This document shows positions 1 through 12,305 of a DNA stretch of 64,000 bases, one piece after another. A program made the position numbers and the translations under genes. Positions within the stretch are counted from its first letter, which is position 1; each line of letters opens with the position of its first letter. The DNA comes from Tubiluchus corallicola. Lineage: Eukaryota > Animalia > Priapulida. The stretch lies in assembly GCA_030141605.1 (NCBI GenBank), contig JAQGDQ010000211.1:319855-383854 (forward strand), read 5' to 3'. The notes below the pieces were generated by a model. It was not told the origin of the DNA, did no database searches, and was given only the letters and a program-made list of their open reading frames with translations.

Positions 1-731
1 AGTTTGTTTGATTACAGCATTGTCTATTGTCAAAGTGGTTGATGATGCATCATTAGTATTTAATAAGGGTGACAGTATCATGAATAGGCTAGTACATGCT
101 GCAGCCTAGGGTCCCCCCAAGCTTTAGGGGCCCTAGAGTTTTGATAACAGAGGTAAAAATCTTTTTTTCACTATGGTTGTGTTGAAAAACGTGCTAATTT
201 GGTTTGCAGTAAATAGTAAAATACTGGTATTTCTTAAAGAATATTTTTATTGTCAAACAAAAGAAGCTATTCTAGTTTATGTAAAGAGTTTACAAAAAGT
301 TTACTTCAAGCTATGTAAATATCGCTATATCACGATTAAAATATTCAAGACGGGTGCGGGGGAGTTAGAGGATGACTCCATCTGAGAGGGGCCCATAGTT
401 TCATTAGCATGGGCCCCAAAAGGTCATAATCCGGCTCCATATCCAGCGAAATATATTTTTTATCTATTTGACTTATTCTGACTTTAATTCAATACGCAAA
501 GTACTATATAAAAGCAAACAAGTGATGCAGATTATAAAACTATAGACATAAGATAAAAAACTGCACAAGAGGAGTAGAGATTAATTTAAATAATAAATTA
601 AGAGGTTAGTAATGTGTTACAATATTGGAAGTACAATGACTTATATCGAATGTCTGCATCAGTTATGCAGAATGAAATCATACTGCTATTCACAATTCTA
701 CCTCTTAGGTGTATATTTACGCTTTAAGACC

Positions 732-1408
732 TTAAAACACAAGAAAACCTTCCACTTACATAGAGCTTCAAAATTCGTCTTGTAATTTTATATCACCTAC
801 ATTCTGCAGGGCTTACGTCGGCAGTAACGCTGTATAAAACTTGTAAATTTAAACTAATTCGATGACCGTTAGGTGCAGCCATTTTAATGGTAGGTCGTTT
901 GAGACAAGTTTTGATAACATTAAATAAAGTTTGAAAAAATAATCAAAGCATTCGTAGCATACATGTTACCAACTGAGTAAAATTTTAAATTACTGTATCT
1001 TGTCAATATGATTGAAATACTTTTTTGGCTAGTGAGCGGCGCACCCTGTAGGGTGAGTCAGCGATATTTTACCAATTGGCACGAAAATTTTAAATTATTA
1101 TTTCCAGATACATAAGTCTTTCCAGCAGGTAAGCGAAATGCTGAGTAATATAACTTTGCATGGAAAGTTTTTCAGGACATAGTTTAACATTTCCCTTTCT
1201 TCCCCTGATTTACATTGTGCATATATGACGTCATGTAATGGAGCGGTCGGAACAGTTTTGCGGGAGATTTAAAATGAAGACAAACAAATGAAGACAACGT
1301 ATTCCTTTCAACGCGAATACGATATGTGCATAAAATTGTTGTAAATTAATAATTTTTAAGGCGATTTTTCTGAAACCAACTTCATTTACCCCTTTTCTTG
1401 TCCTTTAA
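732..1408. mobile_element. Non-autonomous DNA transposon, family A (TTAA-flanked, Kolobok-like MITE)
   Basis: Ends are TTAA-AACACAAGAAAA and TTTTCTTGTCCT-TTAA (imperfect TIR, TTAA target site). End-to-end similar to 48823-49499. Reverse copies at ~26667-27305, ~29639-30510 and ~40843-41760. Confidence 0.8.
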
Positions 1409-1811
1409 AGTAATCAGTATAATTCATGCAACTATTTTTAGCGATAGATGGCGTCTGTTGACATTCCTTGTGAAGCGGGTGAGGTTGTAACTAACAGAGC
1501 AATAATCTTCTGCTAAACAATTCCATAGAGAAGAAGTCCGATATAAAACTGAATTAATAAGCAGGCTAAAGCAGTGGATAAAGTCAATCTGTTGAAGTAC
1601 GTTGCTTGGAAATGTGTAGATTGGCTACATTTTCTGAAATAACTGAATAAAAGATGTAAAATCTGTAAGATTTGTCACTCATCGGCTGTCTCAGCCCAAG
1701 CTGTTGCCAAACACGTGACTTTATCAGCATAAATTATGCCAGGCTTTTTTGTAACGTGGAATCTTAGAGCGTAATTATGTACAAGACGTCACGGTGTGAA
1801 CGAAGCTTTGT

Positions 1812-2172
1812 GACACTTCCTTCCTGTCTGCGATAAGAGGATGAGATATGTGGTCAACAGGAAGCTGTCCTGCTTAGCATGTTGATGACACAGAAGATGG
1901 TCTTTATCGCAGAATAATCTGGAATAACTCGGGGTTATTGACATTGTCCATGTAAGAATGATGACGATAGCAATGGCGATGACCACAATGGCGAAGGGTA
2001 TTGCAGACACTTCCGTCCTGTCTGTGGTAAGAGGATGACATATATGGTCAACAGGAAACTGTCCTGCTTAGCATGTTGATGACATAGACGATGGTCTTTA
2101 TCGCGGAATAATCTGTAATAACTCCAGGTTGTTGACATTGTCCATGTAAGAATGATGACGATGACCACAATG
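1812..2172. repeat. Tandem duplication, ~195-bp unit x2
   Basis: gacacttcc(t/g)tcctgtctg...tgacattgtccatgtaagaatgatgacgat starts at ~1812 and again at ~2007. Confidence 0.85.
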
Positions 2173-2214
2173 GTATTGTAGACTTCAGTGACACTAGTAA
2201 TTGTGGAGGCTGTT

Positions 2215-2345
2215 ATGATGATAATGGCGATGATGATGATGATGGTGCTGATGATGATGATGATGATGATGGTGCTGCTGCTGATGATGATGGTGATGAT
2301 GATGACGGCGATGATGATTATGATGATGATGATGATCTTGATGAT

Positions 2346-2377
<32 letters not shown>

Positions 2378-2600
2378 CGACGACAACGATGACGATGATG
2401 ATGCATGACGATGATGATGACGACGACGACCACGATGATGATGATGATGATGGCGATGATGATGATGGCGTGGATGATGATGATGACAACGACGACGACG
2501 ACGACGACGATGATGATGATGATGTTGACGATGATGATGATGCATGACGATGATGATGACGACGACGACCACGATGATGATGATGATGATGGCGTGGATA
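2215..2600. repeat. (GAT/GAC)n microsatellite
   Basis: Direct reading. Source of the poly-M/D/H ORFs in the track. Confidence 0.95.
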
Positions 2601-3859
2601 ATGACGGTTATAGTTATGTAGTGACAGTGAAAATGACTGCTACTGAGAGACGCAAGTTTGCACCACATTCTTGTAATTTGCATTAAAAGACAGGCTTGTT
2701 GTTAAACGTACAAAATTATATAAGTTTATAAGTAACATAAGTAAATAATAATAAATTACTCTACATTGCATTGCAAACAAAGAACAAAACAGATTTAATC
2801 AACAATGAAAGAGGCAAAATTCCCTTACAAAGGAATACAGAACAAATATCAATTAACTCATGCAATTAACATAAATAATTATCACAACAATATTACATAA
2901 AGTTAGTGATAATAGTACATATAGTAGTACATATAATAACTCTTTACACAATTGTCTTTGGATTTTACTGATTCCTAGTCTGAAAGGCGGATTCCAGAAA
3001 AGGCACAATAATCTTGTGTAATTCGATATCTTGATTATTCGTTATAAAGACAAATTTATCATTGTCATTTGATGTGGCAGAAAATGCAAGAAAATTTTAT
3101 TAAAAAGTGGCAATTTATCATCCAGATAAAGAACATTACACGAGTAAGTGATATGTTTGTGTGACTTAGCTATTCCCGGGGGTTCATATTAATATTAAGC
3201 CTCTAGTAGCAATCATGCTTGCGCCGGAAGACGCAGTATGAACGGCATATCATCATTTCCGCAATTACGACTCGGGTTTCATTAAACTGAGCGGCGTGTC
3301 TCTATCATCAGCAGCACAATGGCAGGTAAAATACGCGCTATTGTGAAGCCCGTGTTGATAAGAGTATGATTCGTTACAATCGGAGTTTATCGCGCAAAAA
3401 TTGGCTTCGTGAAAGAAGCAGGAAGCCATGCAGTGAGGTAGATTAGGAGGGGGGGAAAGACTTCCTGCAGAAATGGGTAATTCATCAGCCGACAACTTAT
3501 AAGTGGAGATGAATTTTGATCGTAATGAACATCGTAAAAACGATATTGTTTCAAGGTTTCATTTTATCTTCCGTCTTCTTTGTGTGTTTCTTGAGTACCT
3601 GGGGGAAATTGTTCGTCTACGGAGATGAGAGTAATAAAATGAAAAGGAAAAAAACCGGTAAAGTAGAAAAAATGTGCAGTGATACACAGTGAAAACAGTT
3701 AAAGTGGAAGAAGAGAGTGATGAGGGAACAGACAACTACTTTGCAAACCAGGAGAGGATTTGTTGGAAACATAGATAGTTTGTTTTATTAAAGGGTCAAT
3801 TTAAAGTAACGTTAAAGGCAATTTTAAAGTACGCCCTAAAGAACTTTATGGAAACTATT

Positions 3860-3884
3860 AATATTATTATTATTGTTATTATAG

Positions 3885-3952
<68 letters not shown>

Positions 3953-4068
3953 CAACAACAACAACAACAACAACATCATCAACAATAATAATAATAATAA
4001 TAGTAATAATAATAATAATAATAATGTTGTTGTTGTTGTTATTGTTGTTATTATTATTGTTGTTATTA
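3860..4068. repeat. (AAT)n/(AAC)n/(GTT)n compound microsatellite
   Basis: Direct reading. Confidence 0.95.
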
Positions 4069-5055
4069 TCAAGTAAAATATCTACATCGAGTAAAGGATC
4101 TACATCGAGTAAAGGATCTACATCGAGTAAAGGATCTACATCAAGTAAAAGATCTACATCAAGTAAAGGATCTACATCAAGTAAAAGATCTACATCAAGT
4201 AAAGGATCTACATCAAGTGAAAGATCTACATCAAGTAAAGGATCTACATCAAGTGAAAGATCTACATCAAGTAAAAGATCTACATCAAGTAAAGGATCTA
4301 CATCAAGTAAAGGATCTACATCAAGTAAAAGATCTACATCAAGTAAAGGATCTACATCAAGTAAAGGATCTACATCAAGTAAAGGATCTACATCGAGTAA
4401 AAGATCTACATCAAGTAAAAGATCTACATCAAGTAAAGAATCTACATCAAGTAAAGGATCTACATCAAGTAAAAGATCTACATCAAGTAAAGGATCTACA
4501 TCAAGTAAAGGATCTACATCAAGTAAAGGATCTACATCAAGTAAAGGATCTACATCGAGTAAAAGATCTACATCAAGTAAAGGATCTACATCAAGTAAAA
4601 GATCTACATCAAGTAAAGGATCTACATCAAGTAAAAGATCTACATCAAGTAAAGAATCTACATCAAGTAAAGGATCTACATCAAGTAAAAGAAATACATC
4701 AAGTAAAGGATCTACATCAAGTAAAGGATCTACATCAAGTAAAGGATCTACATCAAGTAAAAGATCTACATCAAGTAAAGAATCTACATCAAGTAAAGGA
4801 TCTACATCAAGTAAAAGAAATACATCAAGTAAAGGATCTACATCAAGTAAAGGATCTACATCAAGTAAAGGATCTACATCAAGTAAAAGATCTACATCAA
4901 GTAAAGAATCTACATCAAGTAAAGGATCTACATCAAGTAAAAGATCTACATCAAGTAAAGGATCTACATCAAGTAAAGGATCTACATCAAGTAAAGGATC
5001 TACATCAAGTAAAGGATCTACATCAAGTAAAGGATCTACATCAAGTAGAATCTAC
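4069..5055. repeat. 18-bp minisatellite TCTACATCAAGTAAAGGA, ~54 units
   Basis: Near-perfect 18-bp periodicity with recurring variants (AAAAGA, AAAGAA, AGAAATACA). Confidence 0.95.
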
Positions 5056-5566
5056 AAGAAGCACTTCCTGCTGTTCTATTACAGAACACAGAACAGTTAG
5101 TCTTAATTAATTTCCGCACAAGCTTAGAATAAGCTGCCATTAGTTTCGCATTACTCTTGTTAATCATTTTTCCTTTATCCACCTTTTAATACGTGTTTCA
5201 ATGTGTTTCTGGCTGTATAAGAGGTTTTACACAAGGTGCCTGTATAGTTAAGTTCTTGATTAAGGTGGCAGAGCAGATGTTAATGAGGATAAAATACAGC
5301 TTCACTTGACCTACTGAAGTGGATTGTGTTTCTGGCGCATGCGCAGCATCTGTGAATTTTTGTCACTGTCAATATTCAGATTTGGTGTATGAAGAAAGGA
5401 AATTGCTACGTAATTAACAGTTTTAGATTTTTTTTGCTCTAAGGATTGAAAAAAACAAGGCACAGCCATTTCCTGTCTTTAGTTTGGTTTTCTCTCCTCG
5501 ATCCGTTTTTTGACGCCATTTCCCTTCTTCTCGTTTCTCCTCCCCTCTCTTTATCTTCACTTTCTC

Positions 5567-5910
<344 letters not shown>

Positions 5911-6639
5911 TTGCGCATGTATACTTTCTACTTCAAACTCTTCTGTTGTTATTTTCTGTCGCTCCCATTCCCCTCTCTCTAAGACACTAACCCTCCATAC
6001 TTTCCTTTAGCTTCTCTTTTGCTTTTGTCGAAGCCTTTCATTTGACTCGTGGTGACATTAACTTTTATTATTTGCAATAACCTGTGAAACTCATATTAAA
6101 TGCAATGTAAACGTATAGACGCCTTGCTTAAGGCAATTATAAAACACGTGCTTATTGTAGCTTGAATGTCAACGTTTTGTAAAAACAGACTCTCTGATAT
6201 TAGAGTAAGCGAAATCTTGTCATTTCGTCTCTCTGAACTCTGAAGGACTTTTGAAAAACTTAAAATTTAGCTTTTTTTGAAGTATTTCTCGTGGTCTTAG
6301 TAGCAGAACTCGAACTTCATATCAGTGCGATTAGAGGTTTAGCTTTTTTGTTGAAAGAGTCTTTTTGGTCTTTTAACTCACTTTGCTGAAAAGCTACTAG
6401 AAATTCTCTTTCTAAAAAAGATGAATATTAATTTTTTTCTTAAAATATTTTTTACTTTCAGTTGCTGAGTTAAAATTTGCTTAAAATTTCACTGGCAAAG
6501 TGTTATAGATCATCTCAGCTTTTTTCTGGAAATATTTCTTTTACTCGTGGCTGTAGAACCTGAGCTTGAAATTTTATTGGCCTTTATAAGTTCTGTCTTC
6601 TTTTTCACCAGGCCAGAGATGATTTATTGTAAATAAATC

Positions 6640-6988
6640 TCTGTTCTCGCTTATAACGTAAATGTTTACCGTCTTGCAGGAAATGAACTCGTACGTCTGT
6701 TCCTGCACGGGAACCCTACCCTAGATAGTTCCGTGAGCACTGAAATTTTTGTAGCAGTGCAGTCTTTTGTTGCAAACACTAAGCGCTTTAAATCATTCTA
6801 TCACTGCTTACTCATCGTACGTAGTATTGTTTATAATTATTGCAACGTTTCTTGTACATTGTGGTCACCATTGTTCTGCATCTGTCTAGCCGCTAGCGTT
6901 TTGCCCCCACTAGGGGACAGCAGCTGTGAAGCTGTGTGCTTCAAACCTAATTTGTCAATTACATTTTCAATAAAATCTTGTTTAAACC
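6640..6988 (+). mobile_element. Non-LTR retrotransposon (CR1/L2-like) 3' end fragment
   Basis: Translates ...LVRLFLHGNPTLDSSVSTEIFVAVQSFVANTKRF, resembling LINE ORF2 C-termini (LLFG...IF.AVQ.FI..TKRF). Followed by a 3'UTR ending aataaaatcttgtttaaac, similar to the tail of the 16012-16543 fragment. Confidence 0.6.
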
Positions 6989-6989
6989 C

Positions 6990-8702
6990 AATTTCACTGG
7001 TAAAGCTAGTAGGAATTCAGTGTTTTTCTTGAAATATTCTTCTTAATCTCAGAAGCACAATGTGAGCTTGAAATTTCACTGGTAAAGCTACTAGAAATCA
7101 GCGTTTTTCCCGAAATATTGTTCTTAGTTTCAGCAACGTAATGTGAGCTTGAAATCACTGGTAAAGCTACCAGGAATTCAGTGTTTTTCTTGAAATATTC
7201 TTCTTAGTCCCTGCAGCATTGTGAGCTTGAAATTTCACCGGTAAAGTTACTAGGAATTCAGTGTTTTTCTTGAAATATTTTTTATAATCTCAGCAGCACA
7301 ATGTGAGCTTGAAATTTTACTGGTAAAACTACCAGGAATTCGGTGTTTTTCTTGAAACATTCTTCTTAGTCTCAGCAGCATAATGTGAGCTTGAAATTTC
7401 ACTCGTAAAACTACTAGGAATTCACCGTTTTTCTTGAAATATTTTTTATAATCTCAGAAGCCCAATGTGAGCTTGAAATTTCACTGGTAAAGCTACTAGA
7501 AATCAGCGTTTTTCCCGAAATATTGTTCTTAGTTTCAGCAACGTAATGTGAGCTTGAAATCACTGGTAAAGCTACCAGGAATTCAGTGTTTTTCTTGAAA
7601 TATTCTTCTTAGTCCCTGCAGCATTGTGAGCTTGGAATTTCACTGGTAAAGTTACTAGGAATTCAGTGTTTTTCTTGAAATATTTTTTATAATCTCAGCA
7701 GCACAATGTGAGCTTGAAATTTTACTGGTAAAACTACCAGGAATTCGGTGTTTTTCTTGAAACATTCTTCTTAGTCTCAGCAGCATAATGTGAGCTTGAA
7801 ATTTCACTCGTAAAACTACTAGGAATTCAGTGTTTTTCTTGAAATATTCCTCTTAATCTCAGAAGCACAATGTGAGCTTGAAATTTCACTGGTAAAGCTA
7901 CTAGAAATCAGCGTTTTTCCCGAAATATTGTTCTTAGTTTCAGCAACGTAATGTGAGCTTGAAATCACTGATAAAGCTACCAGGAATTCAGTGTTTTTCT
8001 TGAAATATTCTTCTTAGTCCCTGCAGCATTGTGAGCTTGAAATTTCACTGGTAAAGTTACTAGGAATTCAGTGTTTTTCTTGAAATATTTTTTACAATCT
8101 CAGCAGCACAATGTGAGCTTGAAATTTTACTGGTAAAACTACCAGGAATTCGGTGTTTTTCTTGAAATATTCTTCTTAGTCTCAGCAGCACAATGTGAGC
8201 TTGAAATTTCACTCGTAAAACTACTAGGAATTCAGCGTTTTTCTTGAAATATTTTTTATAATCTCAGAAGCCCAATGTGAGCTTGAAATTTCACTAGTAA
8301 AGCTACTAGGAATTCAGCGTTTTTCTTTAAATATTCATCATAAACTCAGCACCTCAATGTTAGCTTGAAATTTCACTGGTAAAGCTACTAGGAATTCACC
8401 GTTTTTCTTGAAATATTTTTTATAATCTCAGAAGCCCAATGTGAGCTTGAAATTTCACTGATAAAGCTACTAGGAATTCAGCGTTTTTCTTTAAATATTC
8501 TTCTTAATCTCAGCAGCACAATGTGAGCTTGAAATTTCACTGGTAAAGCTACTAGGAATTCAGCATTTTTCTTTAAATATTCTTCTTAATCTCAGAAGCA
8601 CAAGGCGAACTTGAAATTTCACTGGTAAAACTACTGGGAATTCAGCGTTTTTCTTGAAATATTCTTCTTAATCTCAACAGCACAAGGCGAACTTGAAATT
8701 TC
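6990..8702. repeat. ~82-bp satellite with 405-bp (5-monomer) higher-order repeat
   Basis: tgtgagcttgaaat recurs at 7061, 7142, 7220, 7302, 7384, 7466. The diagnostic variant cagcaacgta recurs at 7131, 7536, 7941 (period 405). Confidence 0.9.
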
Positions 8703-9224
8703 GCTGTCAGAACGCTGTGAAATAGAAAGTTGCGAATCGATCGCCTGACAATTTGATGAGCTGATCATATTTCCGCCGCCGGAGATTAGAAAATTCAAAA
8801 TATTGAAAAAAAATCAAGAATTTTTCAGCACGACTGAGCAGTTGAAGGGAAACCGAATATGTAGTAAATCATTTCATATTCAGTCGGCCATTTTATAGCG
8901 TTGGGAAAACTGCTTCAAAGGTTTGAAAACGATTTCAGTTTTCCGCTGAGTTTGATATTAAAGCAGACTCCATTTTGAAGAATGAATGATCATATGTTTT
9001 GCATAATGGTCTGATACCGTTGTGTGACACACGTATAATATTTTTGTCAATTATATTGCGCAATACTACACAGCGTCTATACGTGTTATTGTAGGTAGCG
9101 CGATTATATTGTGCAATATTTCTTTTGTGTGATATCACGTACGCAAAAATATTGCATAGTATACTTGTCGGTGCTAATGTACAATATTGTCTATTCTCTT
9201 TTTTCCTTTCTTTTTCCTTCTCTT

Positions 9225-9535
9225 TTCTCTTCTTTTCTTTTCTTCTCTTCTCTTCTCTTCTCTTCTCTTCTCTTCTCTTCTCTTCTCTTCTCTTCTCTTC
9301 TCTTCTCTTCTCTTCTCTTCTCTTCTCTTCTCTTCTCTTCTCTTCTCGATTCTTCTCGTTTCTTTTCTTCTCTTTCTTCCCTTCCCTTCTCCTCCCTTCT
9401 CTTCTCTTCTCTCCTCCTCTCCTCTTCCCTTCTCTCCTCTCCTCTCCTCTCCTCTCCTCTTCTCTCCTCTTCTCTTCTCTTCTCTTCTCTTCTCTCCTCT
9501 CCTCTCCTCTCCTCTCCTCTCCTTTTCTCTCCTCT
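9225..9535. repeat. (CTTCT)n/(CTCCT)n pentanucleotide repeat
   Basis: Direct reading. Confidence 0.95.
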
Positions 9536-10295
9536 CATTTCCTTTTCCTTTTTTTCTTTTTCTTTTCACTTTTTGTTTTTTCTTCCTCTTTTCCTTCTTT
9601 TTTGGTTTTTCATTTTTTACGACTTTTTCGTTTATCTTTGTTTAGCTTTTTCTTTCTTCTGTGTTTTCTTTCATTGTTTTTTTCTTCTCTCCTTTTCTCT
9701 AATTTCTTCAAGCCTAGAAACCTACATAACCTTTTAAAGCATTAAGATTTTACGTTAAAAACCTTCACTAGGTGCAAGCGCAGATTACAACTTTTTTACT
9801 ACAAATTCGTGCTGCAAAATTCATTAGCTGCGAGTGAAAAAAACGTGTACTTGTCCTTTAACTGTTTATAAATATCCACGAAACGCTGCTTTTTTTGACA
9901 AAATATATGTACTTTACATGCATTATGACTAAATTACATTTTTTGCTTTTAGGTTCAGACGTCCTTAAGAAGAAGAAAATTCCATGCGGCATTGTTAACA
10001 AGATTTAGTGCACTAAGATCGGGAAACGTTAGACATCGTTAAGACCTACCTAATCCTTCTGAAAGACCAGTCTTAATACGTTAATTAGTGCCGCGTTCCC
10101 ATAGCAACGCGGACAGCTTTTCGGCGAGAGGCACGAGAGCGTAAGACTTTTGAGTGATTGGATGAATGTGAAATTCGTCAGGAAGCTTGCCCACTAATGG
10201 CAACAAAATCCTTTGTTGACTGTCATGTGCCATCGTTTGCTGCACAATAATTGCAAAAGTGCTCGTGGATGTTGACAAGTTTCTACCGTTGAACT

Positions 10296-11636
10296 ATGAC
10301 GCTCGAAGAAGAAGAAGACGACCCAGGCGTACCCTATATTAGATTCATCCTCAACTTTATCTCCAATAACCACAACAACACCGTGGACCCAAGGAAGCCG
10401 ATGCTTCGGGTGTCACTGCGGTACGTCTACCAACTGTTCATATTCATCTACGCCATCGTTTTCCTGGTGGGCCTGATCGGCAACATCCTCATATTGGTGA
10501 CAATTGTCCGACGGAGGCTCCGCGATCCCACGTACATTTTGATGGCAAATTTGGCGGTGTCGGACGTTGCGAAGTGTCTTGCGGTGTTACCCATTACGCT
10601 CGCCAACCTCCTTATCAAGAACTGGATATATGGCAGTTTTATGTGTTTCTTTCTTCCAATGTTGCAGTCGTTTCCTGTTCACGTGTCGATGCTTACCTAT
10701 CTGACAATCGCTATTGATCGATACCGGTTAATACTCCATCCAATAAAGACTAGAATTCCGGCTGGCTTGTGCATTATCGGTATTTGGGTGTTGGGGCTGT
10801 GCCTGGTTCTGCCCTATGCCATCTACGTGAAGTACATTGATCTTGGTCGATTCTGGAAGGGAGAATTTGATGGAGTGGGTCTTTGCTTGGTTAATGTGGA
10901 AAAGAACATTGAAGAATACACCCGTGCCATGTTTGTATGCCTGTACGCCGTTCCTTTGGCCATTATTGCATTCCTTTATGTGAAGGTATCATCCGAAATC
11001 AAATTCCGTGAAGGACCGTTCACCGTGGTCCAGTTTGCTGAACTTCCTTCAGTCGTTTCTGCTAACGACCACAACTACGAGTACGACGCAGGTTACGCGA
11101 GCATGCGCACGCACAGCGACGCCAGTGCAACCTCTATGTCGCATGTCACATGGTCGAGCAACGTCAGCGACAACGACAATCGGCGAGCATCTGATTGTCA
11201 TCCAAACACGTACCACAGTCGTCCAATGTCTGTCCTTGGAGATGAGGAAGGATTCGATGCAAAGACAGAGCGAAGAACACAAAAGTATCTTATCACCATG
11301 GTGACATTGTTTGCTGCTTGCTGGTGTCCTCTGAACATACTTAATCTGGTTTCACATTTCATCTTTGAGACTTACAACAATACAGGGTATTTCGATGTCA
11401 CTTACATCCTCTTCACCTACATCGGATTTTTGTCGACATGCGTAAATCCGTTTCTGTTCGCATCATGGCGGATGAGCGACGTAACCAAGATGCGCTTACG
11501 CGGCTACTTCCGGTTTAGTAACCGACGCAGAAGTTCGGGGGCTCGTTCGGGCAACCTGTTGGACGTCAGCCCTCAGCCACCTAATGGACATACATCATCA
11601 AAGGAGAGCGAGAGCGATTCTAAATCATATGTGTAA
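10296..11636 (+). CDS. Class A (rhodopsin-like) GPCR, neuropeptide receptor-like (NPY/PrRP/RYamide-type group), single coding exon, 446 aa
   Basis: Seven hydrophobic segments with GN (TM1), NLAVSD (TM2), WIYG..MC (ECL1), DRY (TM3), CWCP (TM6) and NPFLF (TM7). Probable 5'UTR splice acceptor ttttttgcttttag at ~9952. AATAAA at ~11741. Confidence 0.92.
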   Translation: MTLEEEEDDPGVPYIRFILNFISNNHNNTVDPRKPMLRVSLRYVYQLFIFIYAIVFLVGLIGNILILVTIVRRRLRDPTYILMANLAVSDVAKCLAVLPITLANLLIKNWIYGSFMCFFLPMLQSFPVHVSMLTYLTIAIDRYRLILHPIKTRIPAGLCIIGIWVLGLCLVLPYAIYVKYIDLGRFWKGEFDGVGLCLVNVEKNIEEYTRAMFVCLYAVPLAIIAFLYVKVSSEIKFREGPFTVVQFAELPSVVSANDHNYEYDAGYASMRTHSDASATSMSHVTWSSNVSDNDNRRASDCHPNTYHSRPMSVLGDEEGFDAKTERRTQKYLITMVTLFAACWCPLNILNLVSHFIFETYNNTGYFDVTYILFTYIGFLSTCVNPFLFASWRMSDVTKMRLRGYFRFSNRRRSSGARSGNLLDVSPQPPNGHTSSKESESDSKSYV

Positions 11637-11789
11637 ATGTAGGGTTTGTTTGAGCAAGTCATTTGCCTATTGATTAACCCTTCACCTGGCAACATACATT
11701 TGCCTGATACAATGTTGTACATGTAAATGTGAATGAATGGAATAAAGTAAAACACCATTATCATTACATTTATTGATGTGTCTTCTACC

Positions 11790-12051
11790 TTCACTCACTC
11801 ACACACGCACGCACGCACGCACGCATGCACACACACACACACACCCTCTTATTTGCCTCTCTCTCTCTGTCACTCTCTCTCTCTCTCTCACTCCCGCTTA
11901 TCTGCCTCTCTCTCTCTCTCTCTCTCTCTATCATGCCATCTTATCTGTCTTTCTCTCTCTCTTTCACTCCCTCTTATCTGCCCCCTCTCTCTTTCTCTAT
12001 CATGCCATCTTATCTGTCTTTCTCTCTATGTCTCTCACTCCCGCTTATCTG

Positions 12052-12094
<43 letters not shown>

Positions 12095-12227
12095 TGCCAT
12101 CTTATCTGTCTTTCTCTCTTCTTTCTCTCTCTCTTTCACTCCCTCTTATCTGCCCCCCTCTCTCTCTATCATGCCATCTTATCTGTCTTTCTCTCTCTCT
12201 TTCTTTTTCTCTCTCTCTTTCATTCTT

Positions 12228-12293
<66 letters not shown>

Positions 12294-12305
12294 GCCTCTC
12301 TCTGC
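11790..12305. repeat. (CA)/(CT)-rich compound repeat with interspersed atcatgccatcttatctg units
   Basis: Direct reading. Confidence 0.9.

Noticed and set aside
1935-2686. Poly-Met/Asp/His/Ile ORFs
   Set aside because: Translations of a (GAT/GAC)n microsatellite, open in several frames, with no splice or domain evidence.
4024-5110. 358-aa (STSSKG)n ORF with a poly-Leu leader resembling a secreted mucin
   Set aside because: The leader comes from a (GTT/ATT)n microsatellite with a non-ATG start, and the body is an 18-bp tandem repeat open in two frames.
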